DNA of 64,000 bases, from assembly GCA_025839675.1 (NCBI GenBank), contig CP104013.1:3233121-3297120 (forward strand), read 5' to 3'. Shown one piece after another: positions 51,108 to 60,856 of the stretch. Under the pieces are notes generated by a model. That model was given only the letters and a program-made list of their open reading frames with translations. It was not told the origin of the DNA and searched no databases. Position 1 is the stretch's first letter, and each line of letters begins with the position of its first letter. The stretch is from Candidatus Lokiarchaeum ossiferum. GTDB taxonomy: Archaea; Asgardarchaeota; Lokiarchaeia; Sigyniarchaeales; Promethearchaeaceae. Both the position numbers and the translations under genes were made by a program.

Positions 51108-51489
51108 TTTTTTCCCTCTTGCCCATCCAAAATGTTCTTATAGTATTTATTAGATCCCCACCTTTTAAAATAGATTTTGAAAAGAAAATAAGGAAAAAAA
51201 AATCCAGCAAAAAGATAGAAAGATATAAATAAATTATCGGTAACTTGCTACGGTAGTATAAACATAGTGAAATGTTGCCCCAGCATTGATACATTTGGGG
51301 TAGATTTCTTTAGGAATTGTATTAATCGAAGATATTATTTCCGTTAACGCTAAAACGAAACTTTTATACCGTCAAACTCCCGTATGAGAGTAAAAGTGCA
51401 GCCAAACCAGATAGGAATAAAATGGAGTTGAATGATGTAATAAAAAAAAATTTGTAATAAAAGGGGTTTTGGGAAATTGAAAGGGAGTT

Positions 51490-51762
51490 TTATTTCTTCA
51501 TTTTATTCCCAGAGGGTTTGTTGTTCTTTAAACGACGATTCTCAATAGAATTTGCTTGAGCTCGAGTTTTTGTAGTCTTCACAGATACTTTTGAAAAGTG
51601 TTTACTTGGATCCTGATGATGTTCTTTGATCCTTCTGTTAAGATTATTCGTCATCCCAGTATAAGCGGTTTTTCCTGATTTAGACTTTAAATTATATACA
51701 CCAGGGGATTTTGGAATTTTAGAACGACTTTTTTTTGTGTTAGAATATGTTTTCGATGTCAT
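51490..51762 (-). CDS. Small stand-alone GIY-YIG nuclease-domain protein (YhbQ/UPF0213-like)
   Basis: GVYNLKSKSGKTAYTGMTNNLNRRIKEH matches GIY-x10-YIG...N...R...H. 90 aa. Confidence 0.6.
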   Translation of the reverse strand: MTSKTYSNTKKSRSKIPKSPGVYNLKSKSGKTAYTGMTNNLNRRIKEHHQDPSKHFSKVSVKTTKTRAQANSIENRRLKNNKPSGNKMKK

Positions 51763-51876
51763 ATTAATTATTTCCTATTTTTTTTTACATTTATTGTGAG
51801 TGTCAAGGGGCATTAGCCGATTCCTCGCCTCAAATAAAGATTCAATTTAAATTTCTGCGAGATAAGGAATGTCAAA

Positions 51877-52014
51877 TCACTTGTATTCATAAGATTTTTT
51901 TGCATCCTTTCTCTTCTTACGCCATGAACCATCTTTGTTTCGGGTTCGGGGTTCCATTCCACCTTTTGAAGGTACATGAGGTCCAGAACGTTTTCCAGCG
52001 CGTCTATCTACCAA
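51877..52014 (-). CDS. Possible 45-aa highly basic protein with a TTG start
   Basis: aggtga lies 7 nt upstream of the TTG. The frame reads VDRRAGKRSGPHVPSKGGMEPRTRNKDGSWRKKRKDAKKSYEYK*. Confidence 0.2.
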   Translation of the reverse strand: MVDRRAGKRSGPHVPSKGGMEPRTRNKDGSWRKKRKDAKKSYEYK

Positions 52015-52384
52015 ATTTTAATTCACCTGAAAGTTGTGGTAACAATAAGTTGATGTATTGAAAGCTTTTCGCTGTAATCAATCTCAAACATTATTGATGT
52101 TATTTTGTGAATATTATACTTCACCAGAGATCTAGGGGAGATGTTCCAAGTAATTTCGGTGAGGTTTCAATGTAACCGAAGTCCGAACTTCCTTGAATTG
52201 AGTTTTCCTTCCAATCTCTAAATATATTATAACGTACCTCTTTTTAAAACTAAGTAAGATTTTGTCAAATATTTTTGTCAGTTATTGTCGATTTTGAATT
52301 TAATTAAGTTCTTTCATTGTGTTCAATAGAAAAATCATAATTTATATATACATATAAAAACAATAAACACGCTAGAGTGTTTAT

Positions 52385-53179
52385 ATGAATAATATAATTC
52401 CTCAAGAACGAAATATTTTAATTGTACCAATTGGATTAGAAATAGACCGCGTAATTGCAGGATGCAAACTATATCCAATTAATGTTATATATCTCTTACA
52501 TAATCCGCTTGTGGATTCAACCAAATTTGCAGTAGAACGATATTCAAGTTATTTTGCAAAAGAAGTTAAGAATAGGATAGGGAGTTCTTTCAATAAAATA
52601 GAAGAAGAAATTACAAATTTAGGTTCTTTTCATGATTCATTAACATGTTTGAACAGAATAATGAAATTGGAAGAAAAAATAGAAAGATTGGGACATATCT
52701 ACATAAATATATCGACAGCATCAAAAACCTTCGCAATGGCAGCTTATTTATTTGCAAGTAGAAAACCAGAACTTTTCACCTTATTCTATTTACAATCAAA
52801 CAAATACATCCTACTAGAGCATTTTAATAAAGAAAATTCTTCTTTGGATAAACTGGAAGAAGAATTTAGAAAATCTGGTTTAACTCAAGGCGATTTTGAA
52901 GTAGAAGAAATTCCAATTTTGAAAACAGAATGGTTCAATAAAGAGGAAGCAGAAATTTTACGTATTTTCGATGGAAATAGATCTTTTGATTCATTATTGG
53001 AGTTGATAGCTAATCTGAAACAGGAAAATAATCCAAAAAACAGAATGAAGATCAGAAGAATACTTAACAAATTTGAAGATCTTGGAATCATTCAGATGAA
53101 AAAACGTGGAAAAAATTTAATTATAACTCCTACAAAAAAACACAGCAGTATTTCAAATATGACTGGAGTTTTTTACTAA
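52385..53179 (+). CDS. Putative regulator with an N-terminal Rossmann-like (CARF/Csa3-like or DUF6293-like) domain and a C-terminal winged helix
   Basis: ILIVPIGLEIDRVIAG...INISTASKTFAMAAYLFA is the Rossmann-like core. The C-terminal EAEILRIFDGNRSFDSLLELIANL...LNKFEDLGIIQMKKRGKNLIITPT is wHTH-like. Confidence 0.3.
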   Translation: MNNIIPQERNILIVPIGLEIDRVIAGCKLYPINVIYLLHNPLVDSTKFAVERYSSYFAKEVKNRIGSSFNKIEEEITNLGSFHDSLTCLNRIMKLEEKIERLGHIYINISTASKTFAMAAYLFASRKPELFTLFYLQSNKYILLEHFNKENSSLDKLEEEFRKSGLTQGDFEVEEIPILKTEWFNKEEAEILRIFDGNRSFDSLLELIANLKQENNPKNRMKIRRILNKFEDLGIIQMKKRGKNLIITPTKKHSSISNMTGVFY

Positions 53180-53464
53180 TCCTCACATTTTTAGATAGAA
53201 AAAAACCCCCCTTGATGTTATTTGTGCTGATGCAGTCTCAACAGCATAAGGTTTCAAAAGGTGTGCATTAGCTAGTATTAGATTTTTAATGCATTACACT
53301 CAATGAATTAGCCCATTAATCGAATCTCAAATTTCATAATTATTTTGGAGTAAAAATGCAATATCACGAGCTCGAGTAGAGATTGAGTAAAATAAATTGC
53401 CTTCCAACTGAAAATATAAAAGAATAAATTTCAAATTAAATATGTCCATTTTTTGATTGATCGT

Positions 53465-53572
53465 ATATTGAATGCCTACTCATAAAAAATAAAACCATAA
53501 ATACTTCCTCAGCGAAGTAATCACATACTTTTTTGATGGAATAGATACTTAAGTATGACCCCATGGACCAAT
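53465..53572. repeat. Direct repeat of about 108 bp, copy 1, at the 3' flank of the giant minus-strand gene
   Basis: atattgaatgcctactcataaaaaataaaaccataaatacttcct...gtaatcacatac...ttgatggaa...tacttaagtatgac is about 93% identical to 57597..57712. Confidence 0.85.
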
Positions 53573-53668
53573 TTTCTCTCATTTCAAATTTCGAATTAGG
53601 ATCTTTGCTCCTTTAAATATTTTTCATAGATACTGGAAAGAAAGAAAAAAGAAAAGAAAAAAGAATAA

Positions 53669-56600
53669 TTAGCCTCGTATTGTTGAAATAGTCATGAAAT
53701 TTGAAGTAAATCTTCCATCTAATGGTTGGTTCGTACCATCAATGCTCATATAGAAACCTGTAGTTATTTCGAAATTAACAATATAGGAAATTGCACTAGA
53801 TTCAGAAACTAGATCAGTAAAGAAATGCTTCATTGTTATTTCTCCATTAAAATATTTCGCTGGATTCATTGTCAAATATCGTGAACCTAAATCAAAATCC
53901 CAAGAAAAATAGTTCCCTTGAATTGATTTTGTTAGAAAATTTGGTTGAAAAGCAGAAACCATCCCACCTCCAACATTTAATGCGCCAACTAACTCGTCTA
54001 ATGGCCCTAAGGGACCATCTGCTATATTACTACCGAATAGTAATAATAATTCAAAAATTGCATAGGCCTCTGTTCCGACGCTTGCATCATATTCATCACC
54101 AAGATTGATACCATCGGTCTCATAATTGATTTCAGCATCCCCTGAACTGGTCCTGGACACATCAAGGTCCAATGGATGTACTGGAACACCATCAATAAGA
54201 ATTCCCATTGATATGGTTAATCCTTGAAGATATGCCCACACATCGAAACCATTATAGTCTGGATGATTGATCTTCGTAGATTCAACACCAGTTTGGAACC
54301 TTAAATCAACTTCTCCATTTGTAGCACTAAAATCATGAAAACCTCCATCTTCTTCAAGCAAACCCCAATCATATTGGAGACCAAAATGACCTCCCAAATA
54401 TCCAGAGCGAGGATCTGAACTGGAAAATTCGTGTTTGGGTCCAGCCGTCATATCATCATGTAAATTATAATAATTATTATCAAGAAATTGATAGGTTGTT
54501 GGATTAGAATAGCAATTTTCATAATAATTAGAGATTTTTCCAAATTTGATGTTATCTACAAGAATATCTTGGGTTCCTTTAAAATAGAAACTTAAATAAC
54601 TATACGAACTATCAGGAAGAACAGCTATCATAGGATAAGACACACGGCTTACCCCATCAATTCGAAAATCATAAGTATTGGTGTATCCATTCATTTCGAC
54701 TTGAATGTTGTATAATGAATTCGGAGACAACTCTATTTGCTGAATTTTCTCACCTGTAGGAGTGAAAAAACCGATACTGTATCCATAAAACTTTATAAAT
54801 AGATTATAGTTCGTCTGAGGAATCATATTTGACCAGCCTAATTGTAACCACATTTCATCTATTCGAGTGCTTGTAAATAAATCAAAGCTAATTACATTAT
54901 TCTCAAAATTCTTTGAAGGATACACTTTTTTATTGAATCCCATAAATCCTTCAGACACATGGACCTTTAAGGCTTTTGAAGATTCTGTACCAAAGCCAAC
55001 AGAATCTGCAACTACTTCAGTATATTGGTTTGAATTTTCTGAGAAACTAATTTCCCATCCATCTGGATTTGATCCGATGCTATCATATTCAAAATGTCCA
55101 ATATTCCAGCTTAAATCACCTCTGTCGTACCCATTTTTAGGATCTGTTTTAAAAATTTTCACTTCTAATCCATCATTGAACCCATCCTCATCCGAATCAG
55201 CATCCATCGGGTCGGTACCCAAGGCAATTTCTTCCCCATCTAAAAGTCCGTCATCATCCGAATCAGAATCTAAAGGATCCAATCTATTTGATGAAATAAT
55301 CACATTATCTAGGTAAGTACTATATCCAGAATAACTGTTATAAGTTTCAAAAACAACACGTGAAATATAGGAAGCAGGTGAATAAAAAGCAAGATTTGAA
55401 CCTATAGAGGAGGAACCTAGGAAAACCGAAAATGTATCCGTTGCAGTATCCCAACTGATTTTGAGATCTTTTTTCCATTCATTACTCGCAATATTTTCCA
55501 ACAAATGCCAAGAAGATCCGTCGTGATACTGCAGCCCATTATGGCCTCCATAACTTACAATTGCCATTAGAATTGCATTTGAACTACCTTGCCGTAAGAG
55601 TATATAAGTTATTTTCGCAGTATCAGTGGACATAATATCAAAAATCATTGATCCTTTTGTAGTATATTCAAAATTTTCATAAATACCTGCAGAACCTGTT
55701 CCATGATCATACAATATAGCAGTATCATCATTCGGCCATGCTCCTGATCCAACGATGCATCCAGACCCTTGAATTTTCGTCCATCCTCCAAAAGGATTTT
55801 CATTCGCAGGGAATTCCCAAGAATTTAACTCGCGATTTCCATTTATATATGAAAATTCCACACAATCGCTTAATCCATCGTTGTCAGAATCAGAATTTGT
55901 TGGATCAGTATGTTCTCTAATTATAACATCGTCCACGTAGGCAGAATAACCGGTTTGGCTACTATAGGTTTGGAACTGCATTCGAGAAATGGAGCTGACA
56001 GGATTATAGAAATCAAGGTTTTCAAATTTTTCTCCCGAATCTGGAAAATATATATTACAGGTGTCTGATAAGGTGTTCCATGATATCTTGATAGATAACC
56101 AATCAGTATAGCTACATTCTTTCAACAAATTCCATTGGGTACCATCATGATATTGTATGCCATCTCCTTCTGCTGTACGATAATTTGCCATTAATATCGC
56201 ATTTGTGCTTCCTTGCTTCAAGAGAATATAGGTTAATTTAAAATTCGCATCAGTCCTGAATTCGAACTCCGCTGAACCAGAAATTAAGGAAGAATCAAAA
56301 TTAGCATAAATTCCAGCGGTTCCCGTGCCATAATCATAAAGGCGAACGGCATTTGGATACGGCGTATTAACGCTATCTACCACTGCACAACCGGATCCTG
56401 TAACGATGTTCCAATCCATCCCTAAGTCATCATCTACGCCATTATCTGTAAAATCCCAATCATAGAGTAAATTACTTCCTCCGATTCCACACATCTCATC
56501 AAAATCGGTCAATCCATCCCCGTCAGTATCGAAATCCTGTTCATAAAGAATTTCCATTTCCTCTTCAGAGAATGCTCTATTAAACAAACCAATTTCATCA

Positions 56601-57295
56601 ATTTTTCCATCAAACCATCGATTATCAGCTGATCGATAGGTTCCGATATTCATGCTAGTAATCGGTTCTAAAGATCCACCTGTGGAGACTTGTCCTTCCA
56701 ATTGACCGTTTAAATATAATTTAAATCCATTGGTAGTATCTTTCTGATAAGTTGCCGCTAATTGATACCACTGGTTTGGAACAATTATTGTGGTTCCTGA
56801 AGCGACTCGCGTACTTGAATCTCTAAGATATCCTTTTGCAATGGGTGTTGGACCTTTTTCGATGCATATCGAAATGGACCACAATGGGGTTGTTTCTAAT
56901 ATAAAGCGCCTACCTTCTAATCCCCCTCCTCCTCCATCCCATTTAAACCATGCGGAGATTGTATATTCTGTAGAACCATCGGGAAGAGTCTTATGTGGCA
57001 CCGAAACATAATCATTGGAACCATCAAAATTATAACAAGAACTTGATCTTCCCAACCGATCGGTGGCAGGGGTTGCACCATGAAAAACACCATTAAAATC
57101 GTTTACAGGCTCATTAGCATTTCCATCCAAATCCCACCGCGCATATAGATCATCAGCATAAGATAGAAGAGCGGAACTTGGTTGTAGAAATTGTTGAATA
57201 GTTAAGGGTAAGCACAAACATATCAACAAAGTGGCAGTAATTTTTGTTTTATATTTCATTTTTCTCATTTTTGAGTTGTTTTCTATTCTTATCAA
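53669..57295 (-). CDS. Giant secreted LamG-domain surface protein with duplicated internal modules and a TSP3-like Ca-binding motif
   Basis: Signal peptide. Textbook LamG_3-like region (ATDRLGRSSSCYNFDGSNDYVSVPH...NQWYQLAATY...LYLNG). Internal repeats (ILL(K/R)QGSTNAILMA). DADSDEDGFNDG. Confidence 0.55.
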   Translation of the reverse strand: MIRIENNSKMRKMKYKTKITATLLICLCLPLTIQQFLQPSSALLSYADDLYARWDLDGNANEPVNDFNGVFHGATPATDRLGRSSSCYNFDGSNDYVSVPHKTLPDGSTEYTISAWFKWDGGGGGLEGRRFILETTPLWSISICIEKGPTPIAKGYLRDSSTRVASGTTIIVPNQWYQLAATYQKDTTNGFKLYLNGQLEGQVSTGGSLEPITSMNIGTYRSADNRWFDGKIDEIGLFNRAFSEEEMEILYEQDFDTDGDGLTDFDEMCGIGGSNLLYDWDFTDNGVDDDLGMDWNIVTGSGCAVVDSVNTPYPNAVRLYDYGTGTAGIYANFDSSLISGSAEFEFRTDANFKLTYILLKQGSTNAILMANYRTAEGDGIQYHDGTQWNLLKECSYTDWLSIKISWNTLSDTCNIYFPDSGEKFENLDFYNPVSSISRMQFQTYSSQTGYSAYVDDVIIREHTDPTNSDSDNDGLSDCVEFSYINGNRELNSWEFPANENPFGGWTKIQGSGCIVGSGAWPNDDTAILYDHGTGSAGIYENFEYTTKGSMIFDIMSTDTAKITYILLRQGSSNAILMAIVSYGGHNGLQYHDGSSWHLLENIASNEWKKDLKISWDTATDTFSVFLGSSSIGSNLAFYSPASYISRVVFETYNSYSGYSTYLDNVIISSNRLDPLDSDSDDDGLLDGEEIALGTDPMDADSDEDGFNDGLEVKIFKTDPKNGYDRGDLSWNIGHFEYDSIGSNPDGWEISFSENSNQYTEVVADSVGFGTESSKALKVHVSEGFMGFNKKVYPSKNFENNVISFDLFTSTRIDEMWLQLGWSNMIPQTNYNLFIKFYGYSIGFFTPTGEKIQQIELSPNSLYNIQVEMNGYTNTYDFRIDGVSRVSYPMIAVLPDSSYSYLSFYFKGTQDILVDNIKFGKISNYYENCYSNPTTYQFLDNNYYNLHDDMTAGPKHEFSSSDPRSGYLGGHFGLQYDWGLLEEDGGFHDFSATNGEVDLRFQTGVESTKINHPDYNGFDVWAYLQGLTISMGILIDGVPVHPLDLDVSRTSSGDAEINYETDGINLGDEYDASVGTEAYAIFELLLLFGSNIADGPLGPLDELVGALNVGGGMVSAFQPNFLTKSIQGNYFSWDFDLGSRYLTMNPAKYFNGEITMKHFFTDLVSESSAISYIVNFEITTGFYMSIDGTNQPLDGRFTSNFMTISTIRG

Positions 57296-57455
57296 AATGT
57301 AGTCAACATATTTTTCTAAGATTCTTGCAAATTTTGAGAAAAAATATACTTCTTTTAATCATGTAGGCTTCAAAAATTAGTGACTACTTTGCATTTTGGT
57401 TTTGAACATATATATTATAGAAAAAAATCTATTTAAACTCGGTGGTGTTAGCAAA

Positions 57456-57488
57456 ACTGACACAATCATGATCTTTTTATAGATTCCT
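57456..57488 (-). promoter_or_regulatory. Cassette promoter motif on the minus strand (ggaatctataaaaagatcatgattgtgtcag)
   Basis: Reverse complement of the TATA-plus-dyad motif seen upstream of the plus-strand giant genes. Lies about 160 bp upstream of the ATG at 57295. Confidence 0.5.
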
Positions 57489-57596
57489 AGAACACAAAAT
57501 ACGCAAGAAGTTATATTACAAGATGAAAAAAATAGAAAATTTCATAGATATAATGGATGGAGAATGGAAAAATCGGTTTTAACGATTTTTTTTGAA

Positions 57597-57712
57597 ATAT
57601 TGAATGCCTACTCATAAAAAATAAAACCATAAATACTTCCTTATCGAAGTAATCACATACATTTTTGATGGAAAAGTTACTTAAGTATGACACCGTATGG
57701 TGGGTTGACCAA
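57597..57712. repeat. Direct repeat of about 116 bp, copy 2, beyond the promoter of the giant minus-strand gene
   Basis: See copy 1. It ends at the ATG of 57712..58035. Confidence 0.85.
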
Positions 57713-58035
57713 TGAAAATAAATCGATTCATAGATAGAAACGTTTCACGCATTAGCATCTTTGAAGAAATGGTGCGAAACATCAGTAAAGAGACAAATCT
57801 AAGCCGGGATTCTATCAGTTCGGTGGGAGAGGAGGCTTTAAGATCATGGGAAGAAGCGACAAATCGAGATCCTCAACGATTATTTTTTCAAAGCAAAGAA
57901 GTAATTTTGGTAGAGATTGATAAGATGATTCAGGAATTTAGAGAGAAAATTACTCCGATGATAGATTCTGATGTTTCTATCAAAAAAAGTGTAGATCTTT
58001 TCCAAGATTCGTTGGGTAAAATGTTTGAAATCTAA
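57712..58035 (+). CDS. Hypothetical small helical protein
   Basis: 107-aa charged ORF. Confidence 0.3.
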   Translation: MKINRFIDRNVSRISIFEEMVRNISKETNLSRDSISSVGEEALRSWEEATNRDPQRLFFQSKEVILVEIDKMIQEFREKITPMIDSDVSIKKSVDLFQDSLGKMFEI

Positions 58036-58048
58036 TTTTTTAATTTCT

Positions 58049-58786
58049 TCAATTAATTTTACCCTTAGTATCTTTATCGTTTGAATAAAACGCTGGTATA
58101 ATAAAACCCAATCCAATTATGATAAGAGTTCCGAATTCTATAAGTTCTCCAATCCATGTAAGACCCCATACTCCAGATCCAAGGTCTTGCCAAAAATTGC
58201 GAAGAAACTGTGAAACAGCAAATAAAAACCACCCAATCGACAGAAGGAGTGAATTAATCTGCGGAAATCGCTTATTATAATTTATTATTGCGAAAGATAT
58301 GATTGAAAGAATAATCACAGGAAACGCAACAATTTGATTTATCAGAAGCATATGTGCATAAGTTTTTGCAACCATTACTGATGTGATACTCACAATGAAC
58401 CAAAGAGAACTCAAAATTACCCTGAGCCTAGGTTTTTCATTTAACCAAATAATTGTCATTAGTATAAGATAAGGAAGAACAACTAAAATTGGGCTAACGA
58501 TGAACCGAATCCTAAAAAGTATCTCAATATAAATATCTTGAGTATAAATTTCATTAAGATTACTTACATTTTGGTACTTAACATAAACATACATGTCAAT
58601 CCCTTTTCCGATTGCGTAAATAATAAATGTAATTGCATTGAGGAAAGGAAAGTCTGAATAATAACGTTTTTCTTGGTGCAACCAGTTAAAAAATAAATAT
58701 CCAGAGATACAAAGAAGGGTTATTATTTTTAACCCGGTACAAAATAATAAAATGAAGAGATTAGATTCCATATAATATTTCACCAA
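58049..58786 (-). CDS. Polytopic membrane protein (about 7 helices)
   Basis: Repeated hydrophobic stretches throughout. Confidence 0.4.
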   Translation of the reverse strand: MVKYYMESNLFILLFCTGLKIITLLCISGYLFFNWLHQEKRYYSDFPFLNAITFIIYAIGKGIDMYVYVKYQNVSNLNEIYTQDIYIEILFRIRFIVSPILVVLPYLILMTIIWLNEKPRLRVILSSLWFIVSITSVMVAKTYAHMLLINQIVAFPVIILSIISFAIINYNKRFPQINSLLLSIGWFLFAVSQFLRNFWQDLGSGVWGLTWIGELIEFGTLIIIGLGFIIPAFYSNDKDTKGKIN

Positions 58787-58919
58787 TCACTTTCTCTACC
58801 AGAATATATAATCTTCTTGGATCTTGCTTTTTTCTAGACAGAAAATATTAAACATAAAATGAATTAAGATAAATATATTAAAAGCGCTTGATTCAAAAGC
58901 AAAAAAATGAGGGAAAACT

Positions 58920-59543
58920 ATGGCAATACTAGGCTTAATGGGAGCAATGAACGTAGGAAAAACCGCCGTCTTGAAAATGTTTGTCGATTATGTGGAAAAA
59001 AATAAAATTGGCAAAATAAAGGGTGGAATGGATTGTCAAATTGAGAAACAAGATTTTAAAGGAGAATCTGAGATTGAAGTTGATGGTGATGATGGATATT
59101 CTAAAACGATAACCCCTAATAAAGTCGTATTTACCGAAAATAAATCGGGAGCATCTCATACTTTGTTCGCACCAGGTGGTGACCGGGATCGAGCAGTCAT
59201 TCGAATGGGAATTATTACAATTTCGCGAATAGCACGCCAAATTGTGGGATTATTTGCCTTAGATCAGCCATTAAAAGAGCAATTTAAGTTATATGATTTA
59301 ATCCGTTATATGCCCAAAACAATCTATGTGTGTTTAAATAAATATGATTTGTTAGAAGGATCTGAAGATGACAAAGTGAAAAAAGTGGAAAGTATTAAAT
59401 CAGAAATTGAAGCTTATTTCAAGAAACGAAGAATCACTGTCAAAGGCTTTTTCCAAACCTGTGCTATTGATAAACCCGATTTTATCGATTATAATGATAA
59501 TACTGCCCGAATGATTTTAGATTTAGCTCTAGGTCGAATTTAA
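58920..59543 (+). CDS. Small P-loop GTPase (Ras/Arf-like superfamily)
   Basis: GAMNVGKTAVL is the P-loop. CLNKYDL is the NKxD motif. About 200 aa. Confidence 0.45.
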   Translation: MAILGLMGAMNVGKTAVLKMFVDYVEKNKIGKIKGGMDCQIEKQDFKGESEIEVDGDDGYSKTITPNKVVFTENKSGASHTLFAPGGDRDRAVIRMGIITISRIARQIVGLFALDQPLKEQFKLYDLIRYMPKTIYVCLNKYDLLEGSEDDKVKKVESIKSEIEAYFKKRRITVKGFFQTCAIDKPDFIDYNDNTARMILDLALGRI

Positions 59544-59602
59544 TTTTTTCATTCTTTATTGTTTTTTTCAAATTACCTATTAATGATTCTGGTTGAAATC
59601 CA

Positions 59603-60355
59603 ATGTCAGAAGAGATATCTCCACGTATAAATGAATTAAATAGTCTAAATGAGCAATTTTTCTTCTTAGGAACAATGCACATCGCTCAATCCAGTTCTGA
59701 AGCAGTCCAAAAAACCATTGAAGAATTGGATCTTGATTGTGTAATGATTGAACTAGATCAAATGCGATACCAAAGCCTAATCGATGCATCTCAAAATGTA
59801 GAAAGCAATCCTTCTATATTAGAAGGAAAAAACATTTCAGATTCGAACAATTCTCATAAAAAAAAGGATTTTATGGAAAGTCTAAAAGAAATTCAAGAAA
59901 GTATTGGTAAGTTACTTGGAATTACACCGGGAATAGAAATGATCTCAGCGATTGAGACAGTGAAAAAACTTCAAATTCCCCTCCGTTTTATTGATCGCCC
60001 AATTCTAGATACTTTTCAAAGGATGCAAGATATTCACGAGGATGTGCAAAAGGAACAAGAAGATTTGCTTGAAAGTTTAGAAGAAAATTCAATTGATTCT
60101 AATTCATCTGAAATACAAGACTTGATGGAAGAAATGCAAAAACCAGGATTTTTGGCCGAACTGATCGAAGATTTTAAGAAAAATTATCCCAATATTGCAA
60201 CTGTCTTATTGACCGAGCGAAATGAATATATGGTGGATCAAATAATGGAATATTATCAAAACCACCCAAATCATCGCATTTTAATTGTGACAGGAGCAGG
60301 ACACACCCAAGAAATGTTTTTGATGGTTCAAAAAAATCTTCCTGTCAAACCTTGA
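59603..60355 (+). CDS. TraB/GumN-family-like protein
   Basis: FFLGTMHIAQSS...LDCVMIELDQMRY at the N-terminus and ILIVTGAGHTQEM at the C-terminus. Confidence 0.4.
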   Translation: MSEEISPRINELNSLNEQFFFLGTMHIAQSSSEAVQKTIEELDLDCVMIELDQMRYQSLIDASQNVESNPSILEGKNISDSNNSHKKKDFMESLKEIQESIGKLLGITPGIEMISAIETVKKLQIPLRFIDRPILDTFQRMQDIHEDVQKEQEDLLESLEENSIDSNSSEIQDLMEEMQKPGFLAELIEDFKKNYPNIATVLLTERNEYMVDQIMEYYQNHPNHRILIVTGAGHTQEMFLMVQKNLPVKP

Positions 60356-60413
60356 TAAACACGTAAAATTTTATTTCCTATCCCATCACATTAAATTAAT
60401 TAAGTGACGAAAA

Positions 60414-60839
60414 ATGGGAAAATTAAGTTTTAATATTGTAGGGTTACAAGAATTTATCATTTCTTTTGAAGATTATTGTGTGACTTGTGAATATCAAGCA
60501 AAATGCAAGTATGGAAAAGCAGCCCCCTTTCAAGTAAGTATCGATTGTAAAGAAATAACAACTGCTTTAGATTTCAAGAAAGCGGAAGCGATGGAAAAGC
60601 TGGGGAAAAAGCATCCAGAATGGGATTGGGATAAACGCGAACAAAAAGCAAAAGTATCTAAAGCGCAAATCTTCTCGAAATTGTGGAACGATAAAGTAAA
60701 AAATTTAAAAGACGATATTTTATGCATGGATAGCCGAAAATTGGATAGTATGCTTACAAGTCAAAGGGGAGAAGAATGGTGGAGTGACTTTCGAGAAGTT
60801 ATGACAGAAATCGATCAAGAATGTTCTAAAATCTGTTAG
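60414..60839 (+). CDS. Hypothetical Cys-containing protein
   Basis: 141-aa ORF with CVTCEYQAKCKYG. Confidence 0.3.
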   Translation: MGKLSFNIVGLQEFIISFEDYCVTCEYQAKCKYGKAAPFQVSIDCKEITTALDFKKAEAMEKLGKKHPEWDWDKREQKAKVSKAQIFSKLWNDKVKNLKDDILCMDSRKLDSMLTSQRGEEWWSDFREVMTEIDQECSKIC

Positions 60840-60856
60840 GAGAAAGAGAATCTATC

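Noticed and set aside
50783-51143. Three mutually overlapping ORFs
   Set aside because: At most one can be real. Only the minus-strand one is retained, at low confidence.
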